DNA of 64,000 nt from Anthoceros angustus (lineage: Eukaryota > Plantae > Anthocerotophyta), in the NCBI GenBank assembly GCA_010909165.1, contig VJWM01000106.1:62001-126000 (forward strand), in the 5' to 3' direction. The translations under genes were made by a program, and so were the position numbers. Numbering within the stretch: position 1 is the first letter of the stretch; every line of letters starts with the position of its first letter. Positions 49,250 to 62,710 of the stretch are shown in pieces. Below the pieces are notes generated by a model. That model was not told the origin of the DNA. It worked only from the letters and a program-made list of their open reading frames with translations, and did not search any database.

Positions 49250-51831
49250 TCAACAGCAGCTGGGGCTCCCGTGCAACAGTCTCTCGGTCATGCAGAGCAT
49301 CTGTCGGGGACTTCGATAATGGGCGATGACAAAACCATCCGCACAGCCTGTGTGGACAAAGTTATCGTTGTTGACGAAGTCCACTTCGCTTCCTGTCCGG
49401 TTGCGGAACTGTTGTATCCAAATACCCATCGCCACATCCTCAAGCTTAAAAGTCTGCCAAGATATTATATCCGAAATTAGTAAAAACCACGACTCCCAAG
49501 GCAGCTCCCGGGGGAGGAACAACAGAAAAGTTACCTGCAACTCTCCATGCTGGTGGCTATGTACAACGTAAGAGGCGATGTCCCGGGAGATCACGTAACC
49601 AGGCCCATGCGCCCACGGTGGATATATGGCGTCCGGGAATTCCTGCAAATGGAGGAAGGGGTGAACATTTAGTTTCCCAAGCGTAAGATGAACAACGACT
49701 AAATGCGTACCAGTCAGGCCGCAGAGACGATGACGAACTCGATTCCATACCTCCTCACTGACGAACCACTTGTCGTCCACAGTCCTGTGGGGTGTAGCCT
49801 CGAACTCCATCCGGCCGTACAGGATGCTCTTATGTGTCTTTGCAGTAATTACGGACGACAATACCTCATCAATGCGGACAAATGTATCATCATCCGTCTT
49901 CATCACAAAGTCTGCTTGAAGAACCTTGGTCTGACCATGACACAACAACAGTTCACATTCACACAAGGACAGAGAAGAGCAGGTAAGTAGATACTCTGAA
50001 CCCCACAAACAGAAGATAACAAGACATCAACTCACCCCAACTATGCACACAGCAAGAGTCTTGAGTGTTATCAGATGGTAGTAATCAATAAAGGGCATCA
50101 GCTGAACATCCCCATACGTAGTCGCTTCTATCCAGAGCTCCTTGTTCACTTGCTTGGTTTTGTGCTGCAGGGGCCAGGCAGAATGTTAGAGCCATCTAAC
50201 TTGCCGTTACTTTGTAGGTTACAGCCACTGACAGGCGTGTGGTGGTGGAAAATTCGCTGATGTGCTCACCAAGCCTACAAAGAAACGCACAGCCACCTTC
50301 CCGGATTTAACCTCCTTGGCTTGCATCCATGACCTCCGAATGGCCATTCTTCTGTCAAAATTGTTGCTAGTGGAAAAGACTCCAATTAACATGGTCAAGT
50401 TCGAATCTACAGGCAGTGAAGGTGCTTTCAGAAACTCTAGATCAAAAATACGGTCCAGGTCTTCAACGTATGGCAGCCCGTTCACCATCAAAGAAGAGGT
50501 TTGTATATCGCCTTTGACTTCAATGCCACTAACCAGCCAGGGCTCCAGATTCTGCAACAGACAACCTGTCAGAGGCTAAGGATCCACGGCTACCTAGGGC
50601 GGATGTGAAACATTTCCAAGCTTGCGTGAGATCCAACCTGTCTGTATGCGTAAGAGGTAATATGCTTGCCGTTGACAGTCATATGAAACCCCTCCAAGCC
50701 CACTCTCAGTGTAGCAGCGAATGGGTAACCCTCCACAAATGGAAACCAGACCTTCTCCTTCAATCCCCTTCCCGCGCCGACCGGCCACCTGCCTTCTCCA
50801 ACTCTCCTTTCCTCAGTCGGCTGCCCCACCTGACCGATACACTTACTCAGGCCATCCACTGCGGAAGAGAAGAAAGGCACATGCCGCGTAAGAACTCCGC
50901 AACTAGACATGCGAGTTAACATGTGTCATGATGAAAAGATCCCACAAACCTCACCTGTTCTGTTATCCTCCTTTCCCCCAGGTGCAGGGCACCGGTCCTC
51001 TTCTTCCCAGTCCTTCGCAAGCGTCCAGCTGTTCTGGACTATGACCGAGCTGTTGGTTAAAAGGTCCCCGTGAAGACGAACATTGTAGTGCAGAATGATG
51101 GGAGGGGCCTTCTCTCCCGGCAGCCTATCGCCGAGCAGATTGATTCGGAAGTCACCCAACAATCCTCGGGGGATGCCAACAACAGTAATTGACGAGTCCA
51201 CCACCAAACCACAAGGTATCTCCAGCACAAATTCGTCCCGTGACAGCTCACTAGAGTTCAACGAACTTACGGAGTAAGGGCACTGCTTTACTGCATCATC
51301 AGCTGTAGGAGTTGGCGCTCCAGCTGCCTTCTTTTCCTGCTTCACCTCATCGAGAAGAGATTTAATAGCCTCCATCCAGAGCAACAGCCCTTCCTCCATA
51401 GCGTTCATTGACTCAGGTAAGAGATCTGCCCGGTCTAGGATAGGACTCCAGTAAGGCCACACTCCTAGCATGGAACTGCTCAGAGAAGTGTTAACCTTCG
51501 ACACCGAGATAAGCTTGTCATTGAGCTCCATCACCTCTAGCAGATCGCCTGGAGTTAGTCTCGGTTTCTGCATCTCCGGAGGATAAGCCATCTGAACAAT
51601 CTCATCACTCTGCACGTTCAAAGGACTGTCATCAGCAGCCGATTTACTTAGCTGTTGTTCAGAGTCTGAGGATGCGGGCGATGACAATGCCCCATCATCC
51701 TGGGGGAGAGCTCCTCCCTGCCACAGGTAGAGAGAATTTCTGCCATCCCAAATGCCAGATGCCATCATACATAGGGCACAGACAAAGGCAATTGTCAGCC
51801 CCCCTACCAGCTTGCTCCTCAGCGTGACCAT
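49250..51831 (-). CDS. GALT1: GT31 beta-1,3-galactosyltransferase with galectin domain (GALT1/GALT3 clade), multi-exon
   Basis: [30 protein letters not shown]...[80 protein letters not shown]. Confidence 0.88.
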
Positions 51832-53408
51832 GGTTACGCCTTAAACCGCAGAATGCACCAGAGTCCATATACTCAGCAATGAGCCACAACTCTCATCCCT
51901 TCCCTCGCCCTCCCCCCTCAAATCCTGACCGACCACACCGGGAGGAAGCAATCCAAATCCAAACTCAACCCCTGCAGCTACTCCAGTCTCCCTATCCAGC
52001 CTTCCCAGCTTCCGACACCAATGCCACACACCTGCCAGCAACTCCTACCGACAGCCTCAACCATCCCGCCACTCTGCATCCGTTTCCAACTTACGTCAGC
52101 TCAGATCAGGCAACCACAAAACCGACTTCCCGATGCCGCACCACCCTGAGACGCTCTACACCAACCGAGGACCTGCGAATCTACCCGGGCTTCATACCCG
52201 CAGACGTAATCACAAAACACCTCAAATTCCCCTCCCTGCTTGCTCATATATAGCACACGAGGCACTCCTGTACCGAGATCTCGCCTGCAAATGCAACACC
52301 CCCATTCATCTCCCCCTCCATCCAGCCACGGCAACCGCCACGGCCTTACCCGGCCGGCATAATCACACCATTCCAAACCCGCTGGAATTCCTCCAGATCC
52401 GATCCCCAAGCCTCTAAACCCGCACACCTCAGCCTCGACAACAAATTCCACAACTCCGCAACACGGCACCCGGCCTCACACAGTGGAAAGCGCACATGGA
52501 ATTCCCGCCACTGTCAACCTCACCCCGTCTCCATCTCCAGTACAGCGGCGACTGAAGTCACGAGGCGAAAGGACACCGAATTGGCAGCAGATGCCGCTTG
52601 CTTGCCGCAGCCTGAACATGGACCGGGCTTCCATACGAGTTAGGAGCTGCACGGCAGGATTAGCGTCGGGACTATGAGCTGGTGGTCTCCACACCCGAGA
52701 CTGTTGAGGCGTCTCCGCCCTCGAGAGGTGATGGCCGCCCGCCTCGGTAATGCCTGGACAGGTGTGCCTGTTCTCCCGCACTGGCTCCGTCATTGGACCT
52801 CGTATTTGGACGTTAGGCGTTATGCTCCTTCGTGGACTAGCCGGCGGTCTCACTCTGCAAGTTTGGTCTTCCAAGACCGTAAGACTGGAATCGGCAGTAG
52901 GTAAAATCTCCACCTCCGCTCCGGATTGCCTGCAATTTACTCACATCACACTTTCTTACCGATCGTCTGCAGTATTCCAGCATCCAGGATTCCAGATCCT
53001 TCTTCTCCCGACTGTGCCTGTGCCAAGCGGCTGTCCAATCGCATCAATACCTTGCCGCATGGAAGATAAAATGCCTCTTTCTCTACGGTCTTTCTTTGCG
53101 CCCCCCAACGACTTCTCACCTTGTAAGCTTGGCCACAAATTTCTTTTGAATTACACTTCTTTTGTTGCATAACCAGCTTGCGCATCCAGCCATTTATCCT
53201 CATGGCTGTCTTCTGTAAAGATGTTTGTGTGAATTGATAGATTTATCAATTGAAATCAATCGTAGTGTAGTGTTGATGATAATGGTATCATATCCTCTTA
53301 TATTACTAATGTGCCTTCTTTTCTTCCACTTTCCTCTTATATGCGTGATCAACTTTCTCCATTTTTTTTTAATGATTAGCTTCTACATCCGCACTTCAAA
53401 ATTATAAG

Positions 53409-53832
53409 AGATCGTATTGCACTTCTTGTAATGTAACTTATGCAGAAATTCATGGTATAGACTGATAAATCTGCTTGTCCTTAGTTTAATATTGAAACAA
53501 TCTAAGCCATCACTGCTAACTAAAATTCTATAGAAAAATTAAAGTCTTAAATTATTTAGAATATAAGATTATGTCATAAATTCAAGTTCACCTATATTAT
53601 ATTAAATATTAAAATAAAAATAGGGGATCATATTGCACTTCTTGTAATGGTTACTTGTGCAGAAATTCATGGTATAGATCGATAAATCCGCTTGTCTTTA
53701 GTTTAATGTTGAAGCAATCTAACCCATCACTACTGACGAAACTATAGGAAAATCAAAGTCTTAAATTAGTTAGAATATAAGGTTATGCCATAAATTCAAG
53801 TTCACCTACATTATATTAAATATTAAGATGAA
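53409..53832. repeat. Diverged tandem duplication, ~216 bp unit (plus a 62-bp duplication at ~54025-54145 and short repeats at 54200-54350)
   Basis: gatc.tattgcacttcttgtaatg at ~53410 and ~53626; copies differ mainly by substitutions. Confidence 0.85.
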
Positions 53833-55425
53833 AATGTTTATTCTTGCATCATTATTGAAGGATTCAAAGTATATGATTCGTTCATTTATATGAGTTCATA
53901 ATTCCATACTCTATGTATGTACCTTCTATAAGTACTTAGTGTAGCTTCCTGAATAAGATTCTCTCTCTATTATTGAAGGGGCCTTCTTAGAGTCCTCCTA
54001 TGAACATTGAGTTAAACGAAGAGTTTGAGAAAGGAGTTAGATACCTCCAATTGTGATTAGGTAATACTTTCACAATGACATCCGAGCTTGAGAAAGGAGT
54101 TAGATACCTCCAATTGTGATTAGTTAATACTTTCACAATGACATCCTTTCTTCTGGATGGTTTTTCTTCTTATAATTTCTCCATTTTCTTAAGGAAATGA
54201 GATATTCCATAATTTGAGGACCAAGCCATGATTTGGAAGATCGGGAAAATCAAAGCCCTAATTTGGAAGATCAGGAAGATGAAAGCCATAATTTTGCTCC
54301 TATAAATCATAAGGAAGATCAAAGCTATAATTTGGCTCCTATATATCATCAAGTTATGGAAGCTTGTAGCTCATTTGTTGCTAGAAATATAATCTTCAAG
54401 AGCAATGGCTCAAGGGAGACACGTATTCCTCTAGTAAAAGGTCCAACCTGCAAGTATTGAACCAGTTAGAGACCTTAGGAAGACAAAACCCACAAGTTTA
54501 CCATGTCCTTTTCACACAAGGACCATAGATAAGTCTACATTAGAGACAATACTAAGGGAAAACCTACATCTTACTTATGTTTATTGTATTTTTTATGGTG
54601 AAGCTTTTACATATTTTATGAATTTACTTGTCCGTTTTGTTTCTGGTTAATGTGAATCGTTATTTTCTAAGCAGAATGTGTGGAGCTTAGTTGCTCCTTT
54701 TTACCTAGGGAGTGACCGAAGGAGTCTCCCTTTGCTGTCCTCTATCAGTGGCTTTCCCCATCAATTTCTCCCCTCAATAAAGTATATAATTACTTTATAT
54801 ATGTGAATCCTTGCGAATGAAATAAGTAAAGTAATGATAGACTTCCATGATTAACTCATTTGACTGCCACCCAAGATATGATATAGTGTGGATACTTCAC
54901 TTTTCTTCTTATATGTGAAGTAACTTTACAAGTCAATTTTAATTAAATATTTGATTAATTTTAACAAAAACAAAACTTTACAAGTCAAACTCATGGGAAA
55001 AGAACAAGATCGAGTTGATTTTATTCTTTACAGCTCATCCACAAAGACACATTATCATATGATAAATTAGGAATAGAGCTTCCGGATTCTAGGAATAAAA
55101 AATTGGAAGCTTTATGAATGAAAACCTAGAAGATTTGTCGTATGTGTAGGAAAGGAAAGATATCAAACCTTCCAAACTTTTAAAGATTTAAAGGTGATTG
55201 TTTTGAATATTTCTATATACGTATTTATGTGTTTTGTTGATAACCTTATTATTATGCGACATACATCTTATTCAACTTTTGAGCTATGAAACTCCTCACA
55301 TTCTTATATAGTGCTATGATCACAAAAATTATAACGGCTTTATAGTCTTATATTTGTGTTTGACGAGTCTAGTATTTTCGGTTCCAATGAGTAATAAATT
55401 ATACCTCATGGAGTCGTTCAAGTGC

Positions 55426-55977
55426 ATGAAAAATATTATTTTTGTTAATATTGTAGTGATTATGTTGTTCCGAATAAATCTGGTTAGAACTGAAACATCA
55501 ATAAATAGTCAAATAATTACAGATTGTGCAGGTCATTTGCCAAATTATCCAGAATCATACCGTCCATCAATATGGGCTGCAACATCCATACTTATCGACG
55601 AAGGGGAGGAAAATTTTCCAGAAGGCTTACCCCATGAAATGACTCTGTATTCTCAGGATACGACTCATACACTACCACTGTTTTGGGGTGTAGTGAATTG
55701 TTATACCCAAATATCTCAAGAGCAACATAAAATGATACTAGATGCCAAAGACAAACAGGAAGATGAAGCTCCTTCTAAACCAAATCCCGGAGAGAAACCG
55801 GAAGATGATGCTCCTACTAAACCAAATCCTCAAATGATCACTTCAGCCCAATGTAAAGCTTGTCTAATCACGCTCCGTGATAAACTTGCTCGTGAATGTC
55901 CCGATGCATCATCAGCCACGAGTTACTACATGACGGGTTGTTATATAACTTATAATTATGATTATTCATTAGTTTAA
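55426..55977 (+). CDS. Secreted single-DUF26 (Gnk2/ginkbilobin-2-like) cysteine-rich protein with a long insertion
   Basis: Signal-peptide-like N-terminus; WGVVNCY...CKACL...RECP....GCYITYNY fits the Gnk2 cysteine pattern. Alternative in-frame ATGs at 55387 and 55408. Confidence 0.72.
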   Translation: MKNIIFVNIVVIMLFRINLVRTETSINSQIITDCAGHLPNYPESYRPSIWAATSILIDEGEENFPEGLPHEMTLYSQDTTHTLPLFWGVVNCYTQISQEQHKMILDAKDKQEDEAPSKPNPGEKPEDDAPTKPNPQMITSAQCKACLITLRDKLARECPDASSATSYYMTGCYITYNYDYSLV

Positions 55978-56655
55978 AGAACCTTAAAATATATTTTAAT
56001 TATTGATGTTATAATTAGTACATATGTTCAACAAGTCACAAAGTGTATGAAGTTTTGAAATGGATGTCAGCACGGAGGGCTGCTGTAATGAGCTTTAGTA
56101 CCTGTCCGTCCTCAAGTTGCTATAAAAAGACTAAGTCTAGGTTTAAACGAAACCTGCATCCGCCTTCAAGATGCCAAAGGCCGTTGGTGCATATTCTTAT
56201 TTTATCCGAGAGACAAAAAAAACGGAACCCGATTCAAGTTCCTCATCAAGCTACCATGTGGACCACATGGGATGAAATTTTGCGTTCAGTCACCTGTAAA
56301 GGCAGATTCACAATCCGGCAAGTTTGAAGAGAGGTGTGACCAGCACGTTCGAGATAAGCCAATACAAGGAACCTTATGAGAAATAATACAATAACCCAAC
56401 AAATGGGTCTCACACTGCAAAGAAGCAAGGGGCTGGCTCAATCAAACCGGACATAGTTGTACAGAGTGGGCAACAATCATCTATCATCGCAGCTGTACAG
56501 GTCGTCAACCATGTCAAACACGGGGATGACGACTCACTCACGTTGTCCCTGCTCTACAAGCCTGAAGTTGCTCAAATCTCCGGAGTAATCCCACGTTCCA
56601 ACGAGAGTTGAGATCAAGTTCAGCAAAAGAATAAGCATACCATAGCCCCACCCAC

Positions 56656-59114
56656 TCACGCAAGATGCACTCCATCTGGAGCTCTTACTCCGTTCCGCGC
56701 TTGAGGGGGTGGAGCGCTCGGGGCTGTTGGAGGAGCAGCCCCGCCGTAGATGGGAGGCTTGCTGGAACCGGACCGGCGACCGGTTCTGCGAACAAATAAC
56801 AACCATAGAAGGATGCCCAGCAGAGCTCCCCCTGACACCAGTATGAGGCCCGAATATATCCACCTCGTGTACCTGATGAGCTTAGGGCACCTGGTGGTGG
56901 TGATCACTGTCAAAGTCTCCCGGACAAAGTTACAGTTCTCCAGGTCGGTGAGGATAGGCCCGTAGTAGGACAGATTGTTTGCGACGGTAACCCCTGTTGC
57001 AAGCTCTCTATAAACCTCAGGTGTCAACCTCCCCGGTGATGTGCATATGGTGCCGTTGAACTGGCAGACAAAAGGCTCCCAGACCTGTGCAGGCAACACC
57101 GCCCACATAGTCAGTACCCGATGGCCAAGGTCGGAATAACCTGAAAACAAAAGGACCAACATGCTTGGGCACCATACCGTGATGGCAGAGGAGAGATTCG
57201 CAGGCCCTGTTAAGCCCAGAAGAGGGACTAGCGGGCCTGAAGCATTGAAGGAGATGGCCGCCCGGGAGTTTGAAAAGGCAATCACTACGTTTGAGATGTT
57301 GACAACACTGTCTCTGTATGTTATCGTACGTTGCAGGGTCTGGTTTGCTTCGACAGGATTAACACAAGGTAAAATATCGTCGAGATTTGTCTGTGCTGCT
57401 GGATGTGTTGTCCATTCTTGCATAGCAACGCATGTATCTCCCATGGCACTGCACATGTCAGGCACCAAACGCTTAGAGGAAAGAAAGAGAGTGAAGGGCC
57501 TACCACTTCCCAAAAGAGAGGGCTACCATCCTGTCAAAGTAGCTTACGTACTTGTGTAAAAGGAGGAACACCCCCACCAAAATCCATGTCGCAGCAACCA
57601 GGAACCAGCCAATGAAGGAGAGCCTGATGAACGAACCAACGAAACGTGTGAACAAACTTTGCATTTACAAGAAGGAAACCAGAAAAGAGGTCAGGGCAAA
57701 CACACAGTAGGAGTAGTATGGGGCAGATTTTGCTTACACGTAAATAACTGAGAAGAAACCATATAAAGCGAAGACTGCCAGAGAGACAACAAGGCTCACG
57801 TCAGCGGTCGCTGAAGCCCATCCGAACAAAACAATAACGTTTGTGCGAGACACAAATTCAGCAGCACACTGCACTTACATAGTCCAATGAGCACCAACAA
57901 GACCATGACTCCCGCAACGATAATCAGCGCAAGGCGGCTGCGAAACGCAGAAGCGTGATCAGAATGGGACATCCAACCACTGGCTGAAACGAGAGAAAAG
58001 TACAGAAAACCCTTTGCCAGCGCACTTACACCCAGCCAAGAGCTTTGCGGATCTTGTGAGCGTTGTCATCCGTCTTCAGCTGTAGAGTGTTAGCTGAGCT
58101 TTTCAAGCTGTTCGACAGTGTAGTCAGCTCAGCCCGATCGTTGGGAGGCACAACGCTTTGATTCAGAACTTGCACACTTTCGACGGTCACCAAAAACGCT
58201 GACACGTTCCGCAGATTTCCCTGAGTGACTTCTGATTGACTCACAATGTAGTCCAAAGTACCCGTGGTTTCAGAATGAAATTTCTGCTGCCCATAGTAAA
58301 GCCAGGCCGCACCAGCACTGCACAGAGAACACCTCAATTCATCAGCCCTCGAACAGAGACACCATCCCCAGTAGCCCGAACCGCGTGAAACCCAACATCG
58401 TAAACTCACATGGCGGCAATAGTGAGCAGGATGAGAATAATCGCTGGAATGATGTAACTCGCGCGCCCGCCCTCGTACCGCTTCCTCAGCCGGTTCGGGC
58501 AGCAGCAGCAGCAAGTGCAGAGCAGGAGCAGCATGATCAAGCCCAGAATCAGCCATGCCGCGGCTATGATAAACCCGGGCAAGCCAGTCCATCCCACAGA
58601 CTATCAAACCAACAAACACACCAACAGTCAGTAGGGGAACAGTCACTGCCAGTGTTCAGAAGAAGAACAGAAGCCCAACTTGGCCACAACGTAGGCGGCC
58701 AGGTAGCAGCACGACTCAGCCCCTCACCGCCCAGTAGTGCGTGTTCCGAATGTCCCACCCGTCCTTGTACGTCTTGAATCCATCCGTGGGATCCCGCCTG
58801 TCCGTCCGGTTGGCAGCCAGAATCAGCGTCTGGTTAGTGGGAACCTGGGCGGCCTCAGCTGGAGCCGGGGCCTGCTTCAAGCTCCTGCCCACAATCCTGG
58901 ATTCCCAGCTCCCCCCACCTGCACCAAACCCAAAACTCCCCCCGTCAAACCCAACACCGCGACCAAGCACACGCCCCATCTGCCTCAAAACAGAACCACC
59001 CAACAACTCGTACCGGCAACCAGATCGAAGTCCGACACCCCTTGCACAGCAGCAGGAGAGCAAGCTAAAACGATCGCCGAGAGCACTAAAACGCCTGCTG
59101 CAGAGAGCACCCAT
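56656..59114 (-). CDS. Plant tweety-related multi-pass membrane protein, multi-exon (start approximate)
   Basis: LAANRTDRRDPTDGFKTYKDGWDIRNTHYWA, LYYGQQKFHSETTGTLDYIVSQS, GDTCVAMQEWTTHPAAQTNLDDILPCV, YGPILTDLENCNFVRET. Confidence 0.82.
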
Positions 59115-59974
59115 GTGCCCCCTCTGAGCGTCCCCATCTCCGCGCCCTCCAATTCGGCTCACTTCAGCCCGGCCCAGCCCAACCCAGCGCAGCGCAGCTC
59201 ACCGCAACGTCAGACGACACAATGCAATGCAATGCAATGCGGCGCAGAGGACAGCCGCCCTGACAGTGAAAGGCAGAGGATCGGGAGGTTCAAGCTCGGA
59301 AGGCCGCGGTACGGGAGGGCGGCTGGCCAGAGAGTGGGAGTCTGGAGCCCGGAAGAAGTAGCACCATCGGAACATGGGCGCGCGGGGTGGGGGGCCGGGC
59401 CGGGCTGGCAGCCGCGGGGAGGCCCACGCTGAGGCAAACCAGGATTGACAGCCACGGGTCCGGGACAGCCACTCACCCGGTTGCTCCACGAAACTGCGCA
59501 AGGGCCGTGGACGCAGTTACGCACCGCCGCTGTCGCGGTCCCCCGCGCAGTCCGCTGCCCGCGGTTTGAATTCCTGCCGTTTCCCAATTCCGCCGCCAAG
59601 TCCCGGTGTTGGCCACGTCACGTGATCGTGCACCATGTCAGCCGCGGCCCGTGCCTGCCCCGGCAGCAGGTGGTAGGCGGTCTCGGCTCATCCCAGCGGG
59701 CCCCACGCGCTTTCGGCTTTTCCAGCCGCGCATCCAGGTTGGACCAGGTGGAGGGGAGGCGCGGACACATATGCACGAGTGACTTGCGCGGTAGCAGCCT
59801 GACAGGAGTCGGACAGTCGGACAGTAGGACAAGACGGTTTTAATTCTTCTGTTAGCAAGGATGCTGTTTCATGTCCATACATGCATGCAAAGTTAGCGCT
59901 ACGGGACACGCAACATGCCTCGGGGAAGGAAGGGGGAAAAGCTGGAGGGCACAAAGAGGGGGGGAGGCGTGGCG

Positions 59975-61765
59975 TCACCGTCTGAGGCGGGCCTGGATGG
60001 CCTTGAACTGGGCGTGGGAATGGGCGAGGCATTCCACGCTCTTGCGCATGCTGGTGCACATGTTGGCCAAGGGGAGGACGGAAAAGGGTTCTTCGATGAG
60101 CACTCCCACCTGTAGACAGGACAGGTACAGCACCGGGTTGCGTACAGGGAAGGGAAGCGTGGTTCTGTAAATGTAGATATGTTATATGGAAGCAGTAATA
60201 CAGCTTGTAAAGCGATGAGAAGGAGGGGGAAGTTTTTGCACCTCGTCGATGCAGAAAAGGGCCGTGGAGCTGAGGAAGGTGGCGGGCACCACGGTCCATC
60301 CACACTGATCCCACAGCGCCAGCGGGAGTACCACATGCCAAAACACCAAGAACAAGGATGTCAACCTTGTGTAAGATACAGGGACAGGAGTACGAAAAAT
60401 GCGCTCGCATGCCCCCAAGTTGTCATGCAATTGTGTTACGTTGGCATCCTGCAAGGACGGGGTGTAGCTGGTAAGTGGGTTGTTAGGAGGCGGATGACGG
60501 ACTGCGACCTGCAACATAGGCTGTCCATTCTATCCAAATCGGGGGCAACTACTGCTAGTGTGAAAGCCAAGCATGTGGGCAGGGAGGGGTACCATGTCGT
60601 ACCCCTACCTGCAGGTACCTGCATTGATCAACAACTGACCATTAAAGCTAACTTCATGTCGCTTAATTGGCAGCTTTGGATGAGTCCTGATACCATCTGC
60701 AGCACATGGTTTGGTCGGTGGGCGGATGCCAGCAGGGAGGCCAACTCATCCTCGTCCAGCAAGTCCAGGAGCTCTTCCTCCAGCTTTTCCCCCGGCAACA
60801 GCTGATGCTTCAGGCAGAGGGGGAACGCCACCTGCGGGCCATTGACAGGTTGAGGAGATGTGAGAGGAGTACGTATTCCAGTGCTGTGACTCCGGGGAAG
60901 CCAGCAGTAATTCTCATCAGCGCAAAGCTTGCTTGATTGCTTGATTGTTTGCTTGGCGAGATGATGCGTACTGCTGAATCACAGCCCTTCCTGTCAGACA
61001 CTGTAGATTTTATGACACTGGGAGGAGGAGAAGGTGACCAGGTCTGACAATGTAATCCAGGAGGCGCCGGAGAGAGTCTTGACTTTCCACGTCGTTGATC
61101 CAAGACAGAGCCTGCCTCGCCAGATCCCTCGTCCTGTTGACATTGGAGCCCCAGGCTTTCCTTGCCTCATCAAACCTGCCGTAGCAGGCGTTGGTCCGGA
61201 ACACCAGCAGCAGCGCCAGCGCCGGGGCTGTGAACTGGAAGGGGAGAGTGGAGATGTGCAGAACCGGGATCCAGGCGGGGACCACCGACACCGCGCAATT
61301 GAACGCAGCCACCGCTGCGGCAATCAGTGTCAGGGCCAGCACCGGAGCCCTGAGAGAGAATAACACCCTGGGGCAGGAGGCTGAGAAGAGGTGGCGGACA
61401 TGGCGGCTGCTGCTCCTGTGCCTGCTCCAGTCATCGTGATCGTAAACTGTCTGCAACGAGGACAGCAACATGCACTCTGCACCCATCTTCTTCCTCCCAA
61501 ACCCTTGCTTTTGGCCTGGAGGAACAATTGTAGCCCCGGCAGCGGGAACGTCCATGTCCCAGAATGCATCCGACCCACATCCTTGCTCTGAGTGCGGCTC
61601 CGACGAAACCGCACACCGATATTTCTTGAGCTTCGATCCCTTGCCGAGCTCTTGCGGGAAGGCCCGTTGCCACTTCTTGCTGGATTTGAAGAGGCCGGGG
61701 GCGTCCTGCGACTGCGGCTGGGGCCTCATTGGCCGGGTGTGGAATAATGGCGTTCCCAGTGCCAT
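59975..61765 (-). CDS. Bestrophin-like (UPF0187) thylakoid anion channel, VCCN/BST family, multi-exon
   Basis: YDHDDWSRHRSSSRHVRHL, PFQFTAPALALLLVFRTNACYGRFDEARKAWG, GACERIFRTPVPVSYTRLTSLFL, IDEVGVLIEEPFSVLPL; transit-peptide-like N-terminus. Confidence 0.9.
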
Positions 61766-62710
61766 GTCCTCTGCAATTCAATCCCACACAATCGTCACGA
61801 CCCAGCAAAATGTTGATCCACGCCATTGCAATTGAGACCGGAATCTACCATCTGTGGCTTTCCCGGGCCGCCACGAGGCACTCAACCGCCGGGTCTTCCT
61901 CTTGAGAATCGGAATCACTGGCCATACCACAGGCTCGTCTTTTTGAGGCAATGTCATGGTCCCCGGACTTCCTGTCTCCCGCCGGAATGGCACAGGAAAG
62001 TAGCCCTAATTCTCGGGGTTAGCATTCAACCAGAAGCTTCTGGAGCAGTATTGCCAAACTTTAAGGCACATTCTAGACATTGGAGATGAAGTGCTTTTTG
62101 GGACAATACCAAGGGATTTGGACCACACAGAAAACGATGTACATATTCCTGGGTGACGACTTCTTTACTGGGCTTCGCAGGCTTGGCAACAGTGAAACTG
62201 CACCACAGACAGAGGGAAATAGAAGAAGACGGAAGTGCATAGGTCATCAATTTGAATTTCATGTCGGAAATAACAACTATTTACACAGGCTGTAAATCTT
62301 GATTCCCTTATCAAAAGGAGTGTGGTAGGCATCCATCTCCATCGGCAGGACACGACAAGGAAACACCTCAGTTCCGCAGCCCCCAGACGCAAGCGAAAGG
62401 CCTTGTAAATTCATGTGTCAGTAGGATGGCCTAAACCCTGGGCCATCAGCAGAACATCGAATGGAAATGTTGACCCGAAATCTGATACCGCAGGCCCAGA
62501 GCACTATGACTGCTATTAGAAACGAATCCCAACCCACCACGCCACCATGGCTGCTAGTGCTAACAGCTCAGGAAAGCTAAAGAATGAACATTGTGTCCTC
62601 CCCTTTCCTGCTTTGGGATATGTAGGATAGCAGCTTGCCTGGAGAGCATGCCATTTTTTTTTCCGAAGGGGGAAGCAGCCTTCTCAAACCCGCAACCCCT
62701 GCTTCCAGCT

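Noticed and set aside
51840-53170. Several 60-145 aa ORFs upstream of GALT1
   Set aside because: No recognisable domains; better explained as 5' UTR, intron and promoter sequence.
58737-60805. Plus-strand ORFs of 208-231 aa
   Set aside because: Antisense to the tweety-like and bestrophin genes with low-complexity translations.
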